DNA of 61,632 nucleotides, filler included, from Squatina squatina (Eukaryota): assembly GCA_031763465.1 (NCBI GenBank). It is 3 parts of 3 records of this genome, joined end to end, with 100 filler letters (N's around TTAATTAATTAA, not from the genome) between each part and the next. Parts side by side here need not be neighbours in the genome. Positions count along the whole stretch, not along the records: positions 27,862 to 42,646 come from JARFOE010000120.1; positions 42,747 to 61,632 come from JARFOE010000100.1; 1 more part is not named here. The stretch is one strand, 5' to 3'. Shown in pieces: positions 37,763 through 51,585 of the stretch. The notes under the pieces are model-generated. The model did not search any database, was not told the DNA's origin, and saw only the letters and a program-made list of their open reading frames with translations. Position 1 is the first letter of the stretch, and the number at the start of each line of letters is the position of its first letter. The translations under genes and the position numbers were made by a program.

Positions 37763-40293
37763 CTTTCATTTAAATAGCAATTTTGCAGGGCAGTACACTC
37801 ATGCTATTAGCTTATGATATGTAGGTTATACAAATGGGTTATTGGCTTTTCCTGTCATGAAAGAGTATTTCTCACAGAAGTCAAAGCTGCAGTTTAGCTA
37901 ATTTCCTTCTTACAAGCTCAGTAATTAGCCTGATGCTTTAGTTTGTCCTCTGGCTTCCTTTCAGTTGATAGTCAATGAATCTGCTTGCCAGTAGGCTGCA
38001 ATCTGGCCGGCACTGCTGTGAAATCCTATTATCCTTAAGTTGATGATTAATTCTTATTAACTTCAGTTAAAGGTGAAGCTGAATAATTTTTAGGCTTCTG
38101 TCAAAGCTACATGTCATTGGCATTTATGANNNNNNNNNNNNNNNNNNNNNNNNNNNNNNNNNNNNNNNNNNNNNNNNNNNNNNNNNNNNNNNNNNNNNNN
38201 NNNNNNNNNNNNNNNNNNNNNNNNNNNNNCTGGGAGTGAATTGCTCTACAGCAGATCTTCAACCATGACAATAAATCATTTTAGTTAGCACTGTATAGAT
38301 GTCTCTTTAGGATTTGTTTGCTTTTGAAAATTGTGTTTTTTAAATCTAAGTATTCTTTCCGGTTGATGAAAATGGTGATCAGGTTCAGGAGAATTTTAGA
38401 CAGGTTGAAAGCTGCTCATAGCTTTAAAATATAGTTTTTCTTCTTGAATTTTGTTTGTGACCTAATGACAAAGGGAGAGCAGTTGCCTTCAGAGATGTAC
38501 AAAAGATTTGGATTTGATGGACTCCTTGAAGGGCATTTACTGTTGACTTTGATACATTCCCTTCACAGTTTCCATGAAATCATTACCATGCTATTTTCTT
38601 GTATTAAAATAGCACTACTTTTCAGTACATTGAAGCCTGTCTTATCTCTTTTACTGCTCTTTGTTCTTAATGGAATTCTGGCAGTAACACCCGTGAAGAA
38701 CAGACTGATTACTAACAGGCTGTTCTTCACGGGTGTTGAGAACAGCACAGCATGCAGTGTAGAACTTTGACAGAAGCACCATACNNNNNNNNNNNNNNNN
38801 NNNNNNNNNNNNNNNNNNNNNNNNNNNNNNNNNNNNNNNNNNNNNNNNNNNNNNNNNNNNNNNNNNNNNNNNNNNNNNNNNNNNATTCAATGATCAGGTT
38901 TTTCAATAATTGCATTGACTAATATTTGAAACATCGCTTATTAAATAAAGAGGAGCTTCATATGGCAAGACTAAAGTGTTAGTAACAATTGTTAATAATT
39001 GAATAAACAAAATATGCAAATTTGTTTTAAAATATTAATTTGTTTTAACAGGAATTGCCTTTTGCCATTCAAATATCTTGGTGCAAGATGTATTATCAGC
39101 TTTTACAGTATTTGAATTTAGTTTAAGAAAGATGGCCCAGTTCTTTGTGTGCTTAGCTCTTCACCGTGACTCCTAATGAGTTTTGACAAGGGTTTTTGGT
39201 ATACCAGCCAGAGTTTATAATATTGCACTATTTGTTTTTTTTCGCTGACTTAAGACTTTCATGTTGGAGGGGGGTGGAGGTGATTTTTCAAGCAAAAAAT
39301 GAAAAGCAAGGAAGGTAGGAAACCATGTAAAAATGTGCAACAGAAAATGAATTATTTTTCCAGCTTGTTTATTTTTCATTTAGTCCTCTAATCGCTGCTG
39401 TTTGAATTTGTCTGCCTGGCTGCTGCCCTGTTAATACTGCTGTGTGGAGACAAATAGAATGTGACATTTCTATGTGTAGAATGGTATTTGTGGTGACGCT
39501 TTGACTACAGATAATAAACTACTTGCCCTGAGGTAATCTAATTCTGCAAACGCCTGTGATGAAACCAGCTTATTCAACATATNNNNNNNNNNTTCTTCCA
39601 TTTGTGTTTTTTTTCTTTAAAAAGTAAATACATAAAATTATTTGATTATAGCAGCCTTGCAATTTTAAGAAACTATTGCCTAGAGTAAACGTTTAGACAT
39701 ACTAGGGATAACTGATGATTCTTTTCTTAATTGTCTATTGTCAGAAGATTTTATTTCATGTTGTGATAATGTGTCCTGACAGAAAAGCTCTTTGTTGGTT
39801 TCCCCCTTTGAAAATTAATTGTATATAATCAAAATCCAATGCAGTACAGTGACTAATTGTTTATATCACTTGTGGAGAGACTGTTGAATAAATTTGTTGT
39901 TCAGTAGTTTCATTTACATAATATATTCAGTTCCAGAGACCAGGACTTCTTCCCTACTTCAGTCGGCAGAACAGTGTGTTTAGCTGTGCAAACAGTATAT
40001 TTTAATGTCATGGATTAGTTTAAATTTCTAGATCTGACGTATTGTCACACTAAATATTACATTTATAATGCATAGTATATTAATTAATCAGAGAAGCATT
40101 GAAAGGGGTGCATCTTTGTTGCTGACTCTTGGTAGTTTGATTTAAATGTTTCAGGAATTTAGTTTGAATGTCTTTGACGAGGAATCATACTTCNNNNNNN
40201 NNNNNNNNNNNNNNNNNNNNNNNNNNNNNNNNNNNNNNNNNNNNNNNNNNNNNNNNNNNNNNNNNNNNNNNNNNNNNNNNNNNNNNNNNNNNN

Positions 40294-40785
40294 ACAACGG
40301 CAGGAAGAGGAGGCGTTGTCACCTCGGCTGGACGCTTGGGGAGCAATAATCAAAGGGGGTGGTTTTCAAGCTGGCTATACTTTATTCTTTGCACCAGTCA
40401 GGTGCCTGCTGAAAGTTTTTGCTGTTTCATTGCTGTGCGATGCCCAAGCCCCCCACTCTCTGAGAGTGACTGGGGCTGTAATGGCAGTCACACAGGTCGC
40501 CTGGCACTGCACAACTGCCGACCAATAGCACTCTCATTGGCCCTTCCCTTTAAGCGAGAGAAGCAGCCCCTGATGCCGTGAGCAACGCGCTGCCCATTTT
40601 TCAGCGCTCTGCCGCTATCGCCCCGCTCTCGAACTTTAGCGCCCTAAGAGCAGTGGCTTAGCTTGATTTAGCGCTCCACTTCACTCATGGGGCACTAAAT
40701 TTCCCGGCAGCAGAGAATCATTAACACCTGGCGCTACTTTTTCTACTTTTCAAAAGTTAGCACCCCTAAATGGAATTTCTAGCCC
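40294..40785. mobile_element. Harbinger terminal/MITE fragment
   Basis: CpG-rich with repeated AGCGCC/GGCGCT motifs. The end AAAAGTTAGCACCCC..GAATTTCTAGCCC resembles 20401-20445. Confidence 0.6.
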
Positions 40786-40794
40786 ACAAGATTA

Positions 40795-40995
40795 AAAGAC
40801 GATCTGGGCCGTTCAGGGGTGAGATCAGGAAGCACACTTTCACACAAAGCATAGTGGAAATCTGGAACTCTCTCCTCTAAAGGTCTGTGGGATGCTGGGC
40901 TAATTGGAAATTGCTGGATTTTTGTCAGGCAAGGGTATCAAGGTGGGATAAATGAAGTTGGGGTCAGCTGGTACTAATTGAATGGCGGAGTAGGA
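40795..40995 (+). mobile_element. CR1 LINE 3' fragment
   Basis: GTTCAGGGGTGAGATCAGGAAGCAC..TTTCACACAAAG..TAGTGGAAATCTGGAACTCTCT (F.QR.V..WNSL motif). Confidence 0.7.
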
Positions 40996-42690
40996 ATATC
41001 CACTTCTGTGTCTGTCCAACTATCTACTCGTTCATTTGTGCACACTTACATCATGCATCGTGCATCGCACTTGCACCCGATTGGCTTAGATTTCATATTC
41101 ATAAAACATCAGCAAATTACAACTGGACGAGTAAGCAAGATATGAAATCAGAAAGTACTAAGCAGCAATCAGAACCTTCAATTGTCAAGATAAAATAAAC
41201 TGTGAATCAAATATGAGCAATAGCTCCCAATAAAAAAGGAAAGCTGAACCCGTCACCTTGCTCTAAAAATAAATTGAAAATCCTTTCTAAATTAAACTGA
41301 GCACTCACTATTAGCAATTCATAAAAAAATATAATTTTTGTTTGAAATGCCTGTAATAATGTTTTCTGTTATTGGCCTGTGTCAGTGCAAGAATTCTCAG
41401 TTTGAGGTTCAAATTGTCAAGTCGCAGGCTGCAGCCTACAGCATGCATTTGTCAAGTCATTTTTGATTGACCGCAAGACAATTCAGAGTGTATTAATACT
41501 TGCTGTTTGTAAACTTCATGTCGTCAGTAGCCATGAAAAATGAGTAGGGAAGCTATTGCTGGAAGTAGCTACAATTTTTTTTTTTGTACAAAGCAATAAA
41601 ACAAAGTAAAGATAATTCTTCAGGTAACACAGCAAAAGTAGTGTATATTATTTTACTGACTGCCTGTGACTACTATTGGTAAGTACATAAGAGAGAGCCA
41701 AACACAGGTACAGCTGGGGAGAAAACTGTTAAGTGAGGAAGGACACTGGAGGGGATACCTTGGAACAGTTCTTTATATTTTGTGATGTATTGTAAATAAT
41801 TACATCACATGCATTTCTTTTGTTTGAGGAAACCTGTTTGATTTTTATTTCTGAAATAAACAGTAGCAAGCTCTGGAAGCACTTTACCATGATTCAAATT
41901 TGCGAATAGGTTTTGAATTTGAATGCTGGCACTGTTGCAAGAGAAATCTGGTAAAGGAGGAAAGATACAAATTGATTAATCTGCAGTCACTGCACATGAA
42001 AGCTTGTAAGAGAGAAATTTGCACTAATACACACATGATATCACTGCCAAGTACTGGCTTACTCGATTCTTTCTCAGCATTAAAAATTGAATTTTTTTCA
42101 AATGAAACTCATTTTATTTAGGTGGATGGTTGATGACTTAAAATCATTTTGCATGTAAAAAGGTAGGGCTGAAGGAGTTTCTGGTTGTGCAGTGAGATAT
42201 GGTAAACCCCAATGAGCCCAACTGCTAGCTCCCAATTATTCTTGATCTGGAATGCTGTCTGTTTAAATGAAATAACGGTTACACTGTAACGAGGCTGGAG
42301 GGTTAATCACAGCAACCTGAATTACAGGCCCAGCAGGGCTAGGCCTCAGCACAAATAATGGAGCCTTCTAGGCCAGTCAGCTGTCAGTCAGTGAAACAAT
42401 TAACCACCCCAGGAATTTATCAACAGTGAAAGCAGAGCAGCATCTGGCTAATGACAATCATTTATTGCTCATTTAAAACAAAGTTCAGAAAGAGAAAAAA
42501 TGTATTTGCCTTTCTTAAAGGGAAAGAACAGTTCATGTCAAGTTTAAATACATAATATTCACTTTGATTGACTTAAGCCAGAGATCATCAGTTATATTCA
42601 GAGGACCCACTTTCCTCATTGGCCAGTCCCTTCTCTCTCTCTCTCTNNNNNNNNNNNNNNNNNNNNNNNNNNNNNNNNNNNNNNNNNNNN

Positions 42691-42702
42691 TTAATTAATT
42701 AA
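42691..42702. other. Artificial six-frame stop linker TTAATTAATTAA inside an N gap
   Basis: Identical to 27806-27817. Confidence 0.95.
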
Positions 42703-43609
42703 NNNNNNNNNNNNNNNNNNNNNNNNNNNNNNNNNNNNNNNNNNNNAGGGGAGGCGGTGGAAACGACCTTAATGAAAAACAGCAAAAGCAAGCATGTGGA
42801 CATCAGGAGGGAACGGTGAAACTTATCTTTAACTTGCGTTTGTCGCAAAGGCTGTAATGGCTCTGTCTCCACATTTTGTGAGCTTGAGTTATTTTAGATT
42901 GAAGGGAAACAAAGCCCTGAGCTGAGGCTGCTTGTCCAACTCCTGACAGAAAGCTTATATTGAAAAGTCTATAAACAATAGCTGGGAGTCAGCAATGTTA
43001 CTTAATTCCTGGTGAGTTTTCTCATGTATTAAACAGAACTCCATGTAAAACATGTTCAGTATTCCACTGCCATGAACTTAAAATTCAACTATATAGTGAA
43101 AAAATAATCACTGCTGCATTTAAATTCTACCCAACCATGTGCCATCATTTCCATTTAAAATGCTACATAATAAAAAATGACGTTTGTTATACATAAAACT
43201 TGCTGTTTAATATTATCCATTCTCCATTCATCCAAACCTATTATGTATCCGATGTAAGGTGACCTTGATATTTGTAAAGTCTGAATTGTTAGAACATTGC
43301 TGACATTTATATAACAGTCTGCTGCTTATCTTTTCTTAATGCATATACAGTATAGTTGGCTCACAGACAAATATGTACCCCTCATTTTACTAATGCATCC
43401 TTGCAAAGTCTCAAACCCATGTTATTATTTGATGCTTGTGACATTAAAAAGCCTGTTTTTAAAGTGGGGCTCAAGTCAAAACTTTGTAAAGTTGGTGTCT
43501 AGTTTTATTAGTGCACCCTTGCTTTGCCATTATGAATGTTCTGAGCTGACACGGGTCAATATGCAGCAAGTTCTTTTCATGTGACTCCCATCAACTCCAG
43601 AGGCCGACA

Positions 43610-44005
43610 ACAACAACAATAACTTGCATTTCTACAGTGTCTTTAATGTAGAAAGCCACCCCGAGGCACTTCACAGGGGTGTAATCAGACCAAAATGACT
43701 ATCGAGTCGAAGAACAGGATATTAGAAAGGGTTGGCCTGAAGCTTGGTCAGGGAGATGAGTGTTAAGGATGGTCTTTAAGGAGAAGAGGAAGGTAGAGAG
43801 GTTTAGAGAGGAAATTCAAGAGCATGAGCCCTAGACAGCTGAAGGCATGGCCATCAATGGTGGGGCAAAGGGAAGGGAATGCACAAAAAGCCAGAGTTCT
43901 GGGGGAGTTATAGGGCTGGAGGAGGTTGCAGGGATAGGGGGAGGTGAGGCTATAAGGGGAGTTAAACACAAGGATCATAATTATAAATTGGTAAAACCAC
44001 GAGCC
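43610..44005 (-). mobile_element. L2-type LINE 3' end
   Basis: (CAA)n-AACTTGCATTT tail followed by sequence similar to 37587-37762. Confidence 0.7.
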
Positions 44006-44107
44006 ANNNNNNNNNNNNNNNNNNNNNNNNNNNNNNNNNNNNNNNNNNNNNNNNNNNNNNNNNNNNNNNNNNNNNNNNNNNNNNNNNNNNNNNNNNNNNN
44101 NNNNNNC

Positions 44108-44252
44108 CATCTGAAAGACGGCACCTCTGATAGGGCAGCACTCCCTTGGAGTGACAGCTAGATTTATGTGCTCAAGTTCCTGGAGTAGAACTTGAACCCA
44201 CAGCCTTCTGACTCAGAGGCAAGTGTGCTACCCATTGAGCCACAGCTGACAC
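44108..44252 (-). mobile_element. tRNA-derived SINE head (Deu/SacSINE1-like)
   Basis: The minus strand reads TGGCTCAATGGGTAGCAC (A box) ... GGGTTCAAGTTC (B box) ... GCCGTCTTTCAGATGG. Confidence 0.75.
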
Positions 44253-46294
44253 TCCAAGACATTCCAATGAAGCCCTTTCTTTCATCACCTACTTTCGAAG
44301 GAATAACCTCTTAAATGGGGCTTAATGTCTAAGTAGGTAGCACAGCCCTCAGATCTAATTCAACGCATTTGAAAATAATCAATTAATGGTTACATCTAAT
44401 GGTCATACTTATTCTCATAAGTGCAAGAGTAATATCACCTATCTCTGAGCTAAAGAAGATTGACGTATTAGCGGTCAAGATCTGAGAGCTACATTTCTGT
44501 GTCAGTCAAACTTAGTGCTTTAGTTTACCGTCACTGTACCTGGTCTGGTCTGGAAGCACTCAGTAACTGTATTTAGATTTGGAATGGCAGAATGCTACAT
44601 TGTGCAACCCTTAAATTCCCATTTATGAACAGATAAAGCAATCATTTGCATCCAGTGAATATGCGCTCCCTGCAATGAATTAAAGATTCACAAGCTGATG
44701 AAAGTGTGTATAAACCGCAGCTAAAATGATTCTGACAGGCCCAAATATGAAGAATAGACTATTTCTGCTTCTACCAGACAGTACTCTCATTCATAGATAT
44801 TTATGCAAAGCAATGCTGAAGCTGTCACTGGGTAATATTTACAGGGATGATAAATGGTGTTTATTTTCTTATGATAGGAAGAAACTGCCTGCTTGACAAC
44901 AAATGTAATAAAAAAACTGATCAAGCCTATGAAATGATTAAATTACTGGCACTTGATTACATTAATGTCCCTTCTCAGCCCTGTCAGGATTCTGGTCTGA
45001 GTTCCCACTGACAGCTGGCTTGCATAAATCCACCTTCAAAGTTTAACGTGTCCTTGTTTGCACAACCCATGGATTTTGANNNNNNNNNNCTATACCAACT
45101 TTGGCGGTATTTAAATGTGGTGAGATAAGTCACTGCAGAGAAATACACTGCACGCTCAGCTGCAGTACTCTGTGAGCTTCTGGCTGCCCATTCACAGGAA
45201 GGATATTACTGCCCTTGAGGCAAAGCAGAGGGGAGCAACACAGGCGATTTGGAGCATATTAAGTTACTGGGAAAGCTTCATGAAGTTCGACTTCTATTCT
45301 TTAAAAAAAAGTAAGGTGATTTTTTTTTGGTTATGAAGGGAATTCACAAAGTAGATCCATAAAACATTTTCANNNNNNNNNNNNNNNNNNNNNNNNNNNN
45401 NNNNNNNNNNNNNNNNNNNNNNNNNNNNNNNNNNNNNNNNNNNNNNNNNNNNNNNNNNNNNNNNNNNNNNNNAAGGAATTATCCCCCTACTTATGTAACA
45501 CCTGATGAATCATATTATCGCAGCTTTTTGATTTGATTTCCAAACTGACCCTCCTTATAACTAGTGATTTGTTCCTGTGAACTATTTACTTAGCTTTGTG
45601 TAGCATTAGCTGCTGTTGTGTGGAAGGAAGGGAAGCCAAAATGATACTGCAATAATGGTTAGCTTATTAGCCTTTTAATATTTTTCAATTGGTCAGAAAA
45701 GAATGTAGAGACAATCATTTGCCAACACAGAAATAGGATGCTTGTTACAAGGGAGGTTACCTGCTTCAGCCAGCAGTCACTGAAGTGAAGGCTGTGACAG
45801 TAATCTCTTGTTATTTTTGTGTCTGCAGCCACGCAGCACTTTTATCCCTTCCCCCAGATCCCACAAAGTCCTTGAACTTGTGAGGAACATTAGCAGATGT
45901 TCATTAGCGTGTGGGCAACCAGAGGATTAAAGCCATTTGTTGGTGTTGTCCTGCTTGAACGAGTGCTTAAAAGTGGCTCTTTTGGGGATTAGCATGTCTG
46001 GTTCAGAGCCAGTTGGGCACATAAATGAAAACTGTACTAGGCCTAATGGGGCCTTTTTGTTTCTCTTTTAGTGTGGGCTAACCAAAAAATGCACATTTCC
46101 TGTTCTGTACCGTAATTCAAAGTCTATAAGTCTCATCTTTATATATAAACTTTTAAATCCTGTTCAATGCAGTTTGGGTGGTGGAGGGTAAGGGGGGAAG
46201 GTTCTACAAAATGTTCTGGCGCTAATGAATAAGGCTAAGTTTTCAGAGAAATGTGCAAAAATTGGAGAATTGCTGTTCAGTTGCTGTATGTATC

Positions 46295-46400
46295 ACATTG
46301 CAACAGTGACTACACTTCAAAAGTACTTCATTAGCTGTAAAGTGCTTTGAGACGTTCTAAGACTGTGAAAGGTGCTATGTAAATGCAGGTCTTTCTTCTT
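46295..46400 (+). mobile_element. Deu-SINE 3' fragment
   Basis: CATTGCAACAGTGACTACACTTCAAAAGTACTTCATTAGCTGTAAAGTGCTTTG...AAATGCAGGTCTTTC, matching ~33858-33960. Confidence 0.8.
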
Positions 46401-49400
46401 CTTTCTTTGTATCGACAGGTGTTGGGTCAGTGGTGTCAAGAGGTGAATCTTAATCATTTGGCTTCCCGAATTCTCATTTTTCATCCTAAAACAGGTTCTG
46501 GAGAAAGATTTCAGTTTCATGTTGGTTNNNNNNNNNNNNNNNNNNNNNNNNNNNNNNNNNNNNNNNNNNNNNNNNNNNNNNNNNNNNNNNNNNNNNNNNN
46601 NNNNNNNNNNNNNNNNNNNNNNNNNNNACTAACTGAATTTATTAAAATTATAAGTAATGTTTTCATAATATAAAATTTAATTTAAAAAATCTAAAATATA
46701 TACTGGACGTGTTACTCTGTTGAAGGGGTATGGACATTTGTTTCACAACTGGAAGATATATTGTCAGCACTTTACTACATAATATGAGCACTGTATTGGC
46801 GTGGAACCTTGATAACCAGAAAGAGCTAGTTTTGATTACCAGTCCATGGTAGGTTAGTTGATTTCAACAGGGACAAATCAAGATACTGGAATTGGCTTCA
46901 GTACTCCTGGGTTTGGAAGGGGAAAATTGCCCACGGTCCTGTTCCTGTTCATTATGCAGAGAGGCCTGTTGTGCGTATGTGTGGACACTGAGCGAGCACA
47001 GGGTTAGGCTCAGCTAGTTTGTCCTCTGCAGTCAGACAGACTGCCAGCACTCACTGTCTAGGCACACAACACAAATAAATAGTGGCCATTTGGACATGAT
47101 CTTGGAAAACAACGGGTGCCCATGGAATCCTACCTCACTGAAGGGAGAAGATGGCAGAAAAAAAAATATATGGAAAGATTAAATCTACAAGATCTTAGAT
47201 AGTTGGGAAGGGTGGTCTCAGCAACATATCCTTTTGGCTGTATTCTGCTGTATAATTTGTAACATACTGAAGCAAGTTGTGTGGTTTAATCAATTTACAA
47301 ATAAAATACCCCTAAAGATTACTTCAGAACTTCCTGCTTCCACTGTGGAATCGCAGCAACACCAAAGATTAAGCAGAAAAATCTTTTTTCATTTCCTTTG
47401 CACTCGAAGGCTCCCAATGCACATTCCTAACAGGAACAGAGCTGAACAAAAATTAGAATCAGGGAGCTCGGATTTCAGGGATTGTCAAGAGTGGGATTTG
47501 TACATGCTGCCTCATGTAGACAGGGGGAGGGGAATCGATTGTGTGTGTGGCGGGGCGGGGAGCCGAGAAAGAGAGCGCGAAGAAAAGCGAAGATTATCAC
47601 CACACAAGCAACACTATCCTGTTTAATCAAAGATAGCCATAGAATATATTGGTTTGACCACGAAGCACTGTATCCTAAACACGGTCTTTTGAAAGTAACA
47701 TTTTAGTGTTACTGCTCTGCACTAGTGCAGGGCTGAAGAGCCGTGTGATGTGGCAATACACGCTTCAGCGCATTGCAAAGGTCTTCCTGGTGACATAGCC
47801 TGGTTAGAGGACCATTTTCATTCTAGAGTTCAGCAAGTTAAGTTGAGGATAATTATAGGAATAGACAGGATGATGAGAAAATGAAAGTCGAATAAATTTA
47901 GAGGTCAGGGAATCTTCCAAAACAGATCACAGAACATAACGGCAAACTGGATGTCAGAAAATGCAGCATGAATTTAGGGTAGAGCCCAGAAAGTAATTAA
48001 ATTAAGGTCAGTCCCAGTGTTGAGGATTGAGATGTTTTATTACTAGTGAATAAACGAAAACGAAATGTCAGTGTTGTAAGTTTCCAGGGAGAATTCTGAA
48101 GTTGTTTATGATCTAAACACCAAGCACCATCTTCACCGAATACAAACAATGCAAGTACGAAGCAGGAAGCTGCCTTTAATGAAATTCCGACTATAGTATA
48201 TTAAAGTTTGCAGAGCCGTTTGCTAAGTTTTCCTCTGTATCCAAAAATAGATGCAATCATTTAACTGTTAAACTTTGCTGCAGTAACCCATTTGCTGGCA
48301 TCCCATAATTCTTCAAAATTAATGTAGTTCCGTATATATAGTGCTGGATTCTGAATCCATAAACTCGTGAAAACTTAAAAAAAAGTCAGAACAACTTTCA
48401 AAAAAATGTTAACTATATGAGCTATGCCCAAGAAAAAAAAGCAACCACAAAATCTTTCCTTTTGTCTTGAATATTAAGCTCTGGGCAAAACATGAGGAAT
48501 GAACTGGTATAGTAAAGAAATTCCTCAGAGTTTCTGCATTTTAGCCAGTATATGATCTGGTTGGTAATCAATATGCTTTTTGTGTGTTAGGGGTAGAACA
48601 ATGTCATTCTCTCACTAGGCAACTTCAGCGAATGCATCCTACACATAATTAGGAAGCGAAACAGTTATCACATGNNNNNNNNNNNNNNNNNNNNNNNNNN
48701 NNNNNNNNNNNNNNNNNNNNNNNNNNNNNNNNNNNNNNNNNNNNNNNNNNNNNNNNNNNNNNNNNNNNNNNNNNAAGATGTTTAATCTTGTAGATAACTG
48801 CATGACTGGTGATTTTTGTATCGCTGGGGGGGCCACAGATAATCTCAGTGAGGCGGTATATCCTACCGTATACCACCGTAACGCTGTGATGTGCCACTCC
48901 ACCTCTGGGGAAACAAGTACCCTCAACTACGACTGGACTACAACTTTTTTTTTTAACATGAAGAACATTTTTTTTTTGTAAGCTCCTGGAAGTGTTGACG
49001 TTTATCAGTTACAACCAGCCAACTGCTGAGAGCGCACATGTGATGTTCTCACTGATGCATATGTGATCAGGGTACTGGTTGTGAAAGTGTGGGAATAACT
49101 ATTTCCAAACAGGGCAGATTCTGACCAGTTCAGGCTAGAATTCTGGAAAAACCAGTCATCTTAATGAACACAAAGAAAGGGTAACAGTACTGGGTAACAA
49201 ACTCTGTCACTTTCCTATTAATATTACTTATTAGAATTATTCTTTTTATTGTTTATAACCTTTAAAAAAACAGATTCCTAGTTTTACATTAGAACTGTTT
49301 TTATAATTTAGAAATTGAATAGGGCTCTTTATTAAAACTGGACATGGTCGCTGTATTTAACTGGTCAGTACCAATCTAAACTGGAGCGCCACTAGTGTAC

Positions 49401-51585
49401 TCTAATCACTGTAATTTGTACAGCGAAAGCAGATGTTCTGCAGCAGACAACTGTTATCACGATATCTTTATGATCACAGTCTGTCTCATATCAATCTTTA
49501 AAATATTTTAAACATTGCAGTAACACATTTCACTCTATCTGCGTTAAGCTACGACAGAGAGAGCTTTGTGTTTTTTTCATGTTTATCCATGAAATCACAT
49601 AAAAGAAAAATGAGAGAGAGTCATCTTTCATGCTCCATTTCTGACCTATATATGACTTACTGGCTGTCCTGAACTTTTTACTCGAATGACTCACGAAAAT
49701 TAATTGTCTTTGGTGCAAGTACGTTTAAAAAAATATTTAATCTGATGACTAATAGCCTACCAATAACAGCAATGAATACGGAATTGTGAAAGAGCAGGGA
49801 TATGGGATTAGAGTGGATAGTTCAGCTGTGGAGTTAACATTCACGCATGGGCCAAATAGTATCCTTTTGTGCAGAGCTTCTTATATTGTTTTAGAAGGCC
49901 AGTCAGTCACTATGTGATGTCTATAGTCTCTTTGTGGCAGCATCTGAAAACACAGCTTGGTTGAAATCAATTAACAGTGAATTAAAAGGGGCAAAACAGA
50001 AAATTTGGCTATTTTTTTTAACCATCGCAGGAGACCAGTCCACCTAAATTTACTTCCTGTGGAGTTTCAGTGAATACAATGAATGCATTGAACACTCTGA
50101 AGTTAGAATTTACAGTTTACCACTTTCACACAAATGAATCTTGTGGTGTCTAGTAAATAANNNNNNNNNNNNNNNNNNNNNNNNNNNNNNNNNNNNNNNN
50201 NNNNNNNNNNNNNNNNNNNNNNNNNNNNNNNNNNNNNNNNNNNNNNNNNNNNNNNNNNNNCCAGTAATCCGCTTACTGGATTCAACTTAGTTTCATGCTA
50301 CACGCTATCCAACTCTCTTCAGGATGGCAGATAATGCCACACAGACTAGATGATTACAGAACAAGAAGACACTTAACTTTATTTACAAATGGCAAGATCA
50401 CTTTAGATCAGTTTACACACACGCACGCTCAAAAACAAGAAAGTCCATAATTGGTCAATTACCCTTTATAAGAGCGTCTTTTGATAGTTGTTCGAACTGA
50501 GAGGGTCTTGAAATCAAAAGTTCTTATTACAGCTCGACAAATTCAGCTTCTTTTCATCCTCTCCTGCTTAATTCTTTGTTCACCTCAGGCAGGGCCTTGC
50601 TGCTCCCAGAATTCTTGTTTGGTTTTAAAAACAAAACACTTTCGAGAATCCGTCCGCCATGCTGTTCCAAACCCCCAGCTTTTAACCCAGTAGATATCAA
50701 AATTCAACATTTCTGTTAACGCTTTGATTTGGAGGGTTCCCAGGCAAATTTAACAATACTCCAATGTGTATATATCCAATTGTCAATAGAAAACAGATGT
50801 CATAAATACAATGGTCAGCTTGCAGGTAAATCGAAACATTTCATGTGTCTGTTTCAAAACATATATATTGACATAATGGAACAAACCAGTTACTTTAAAT
50901 TAAAATAAAAGAACACTGTTGCTAATTAAATCTGGGACATCAACAAATTTGTTCTTTTAAGTCAAAGACACTTCTGATTTCCATGTAAACAATTCGAAAT
51001 TTACTACAAGCGGATTATTCCGTTTATATTAAAAATTGATTTAAAACTACAATCACCTAACACTGGATGACATTGTGCAAGGAGATTTTCATTGCTTTAA
51101 CTGCAGTAGTGATGCTTCAGAATCTATCTCATTGCTAACATAACTGAAGCCAGGTTTGGCCCTGAATTTGCAGTCGAAAGCATACCAGAAAAATCCGAAC
51201 TTACCTGGCGTCTCCGGAGCTTCGGACTCCTGCAAAAAAAAGCTCACTGTTCGCAAGCATCACGGGGGCCAGGCCAACCAATCAAAAAGGGGGATTCCTA
51301 TGATGTTTCTGGGGATTGCATTTACGTATGGGATTCCCATCAGCACATCAGAAATCCCCAAATAAATAAGAATTCACACCACTTAAATAAAAATAAATGA
51401 TCAGATGTTCAAAGTTAATTAAAAGACCCTTTAATTAAGCAATTAAAATAAAAAATAATTTTTTTTGAAAAATAAATTTAAACTTTTAAAAACAGGCCAA
51501 AATTTACCTGAACTTGTTTAGAATGTATGTGTATGTTTAAATAATTTAAAAAATGTTATTTTCACCCTTATGCTGGTAAAATACA

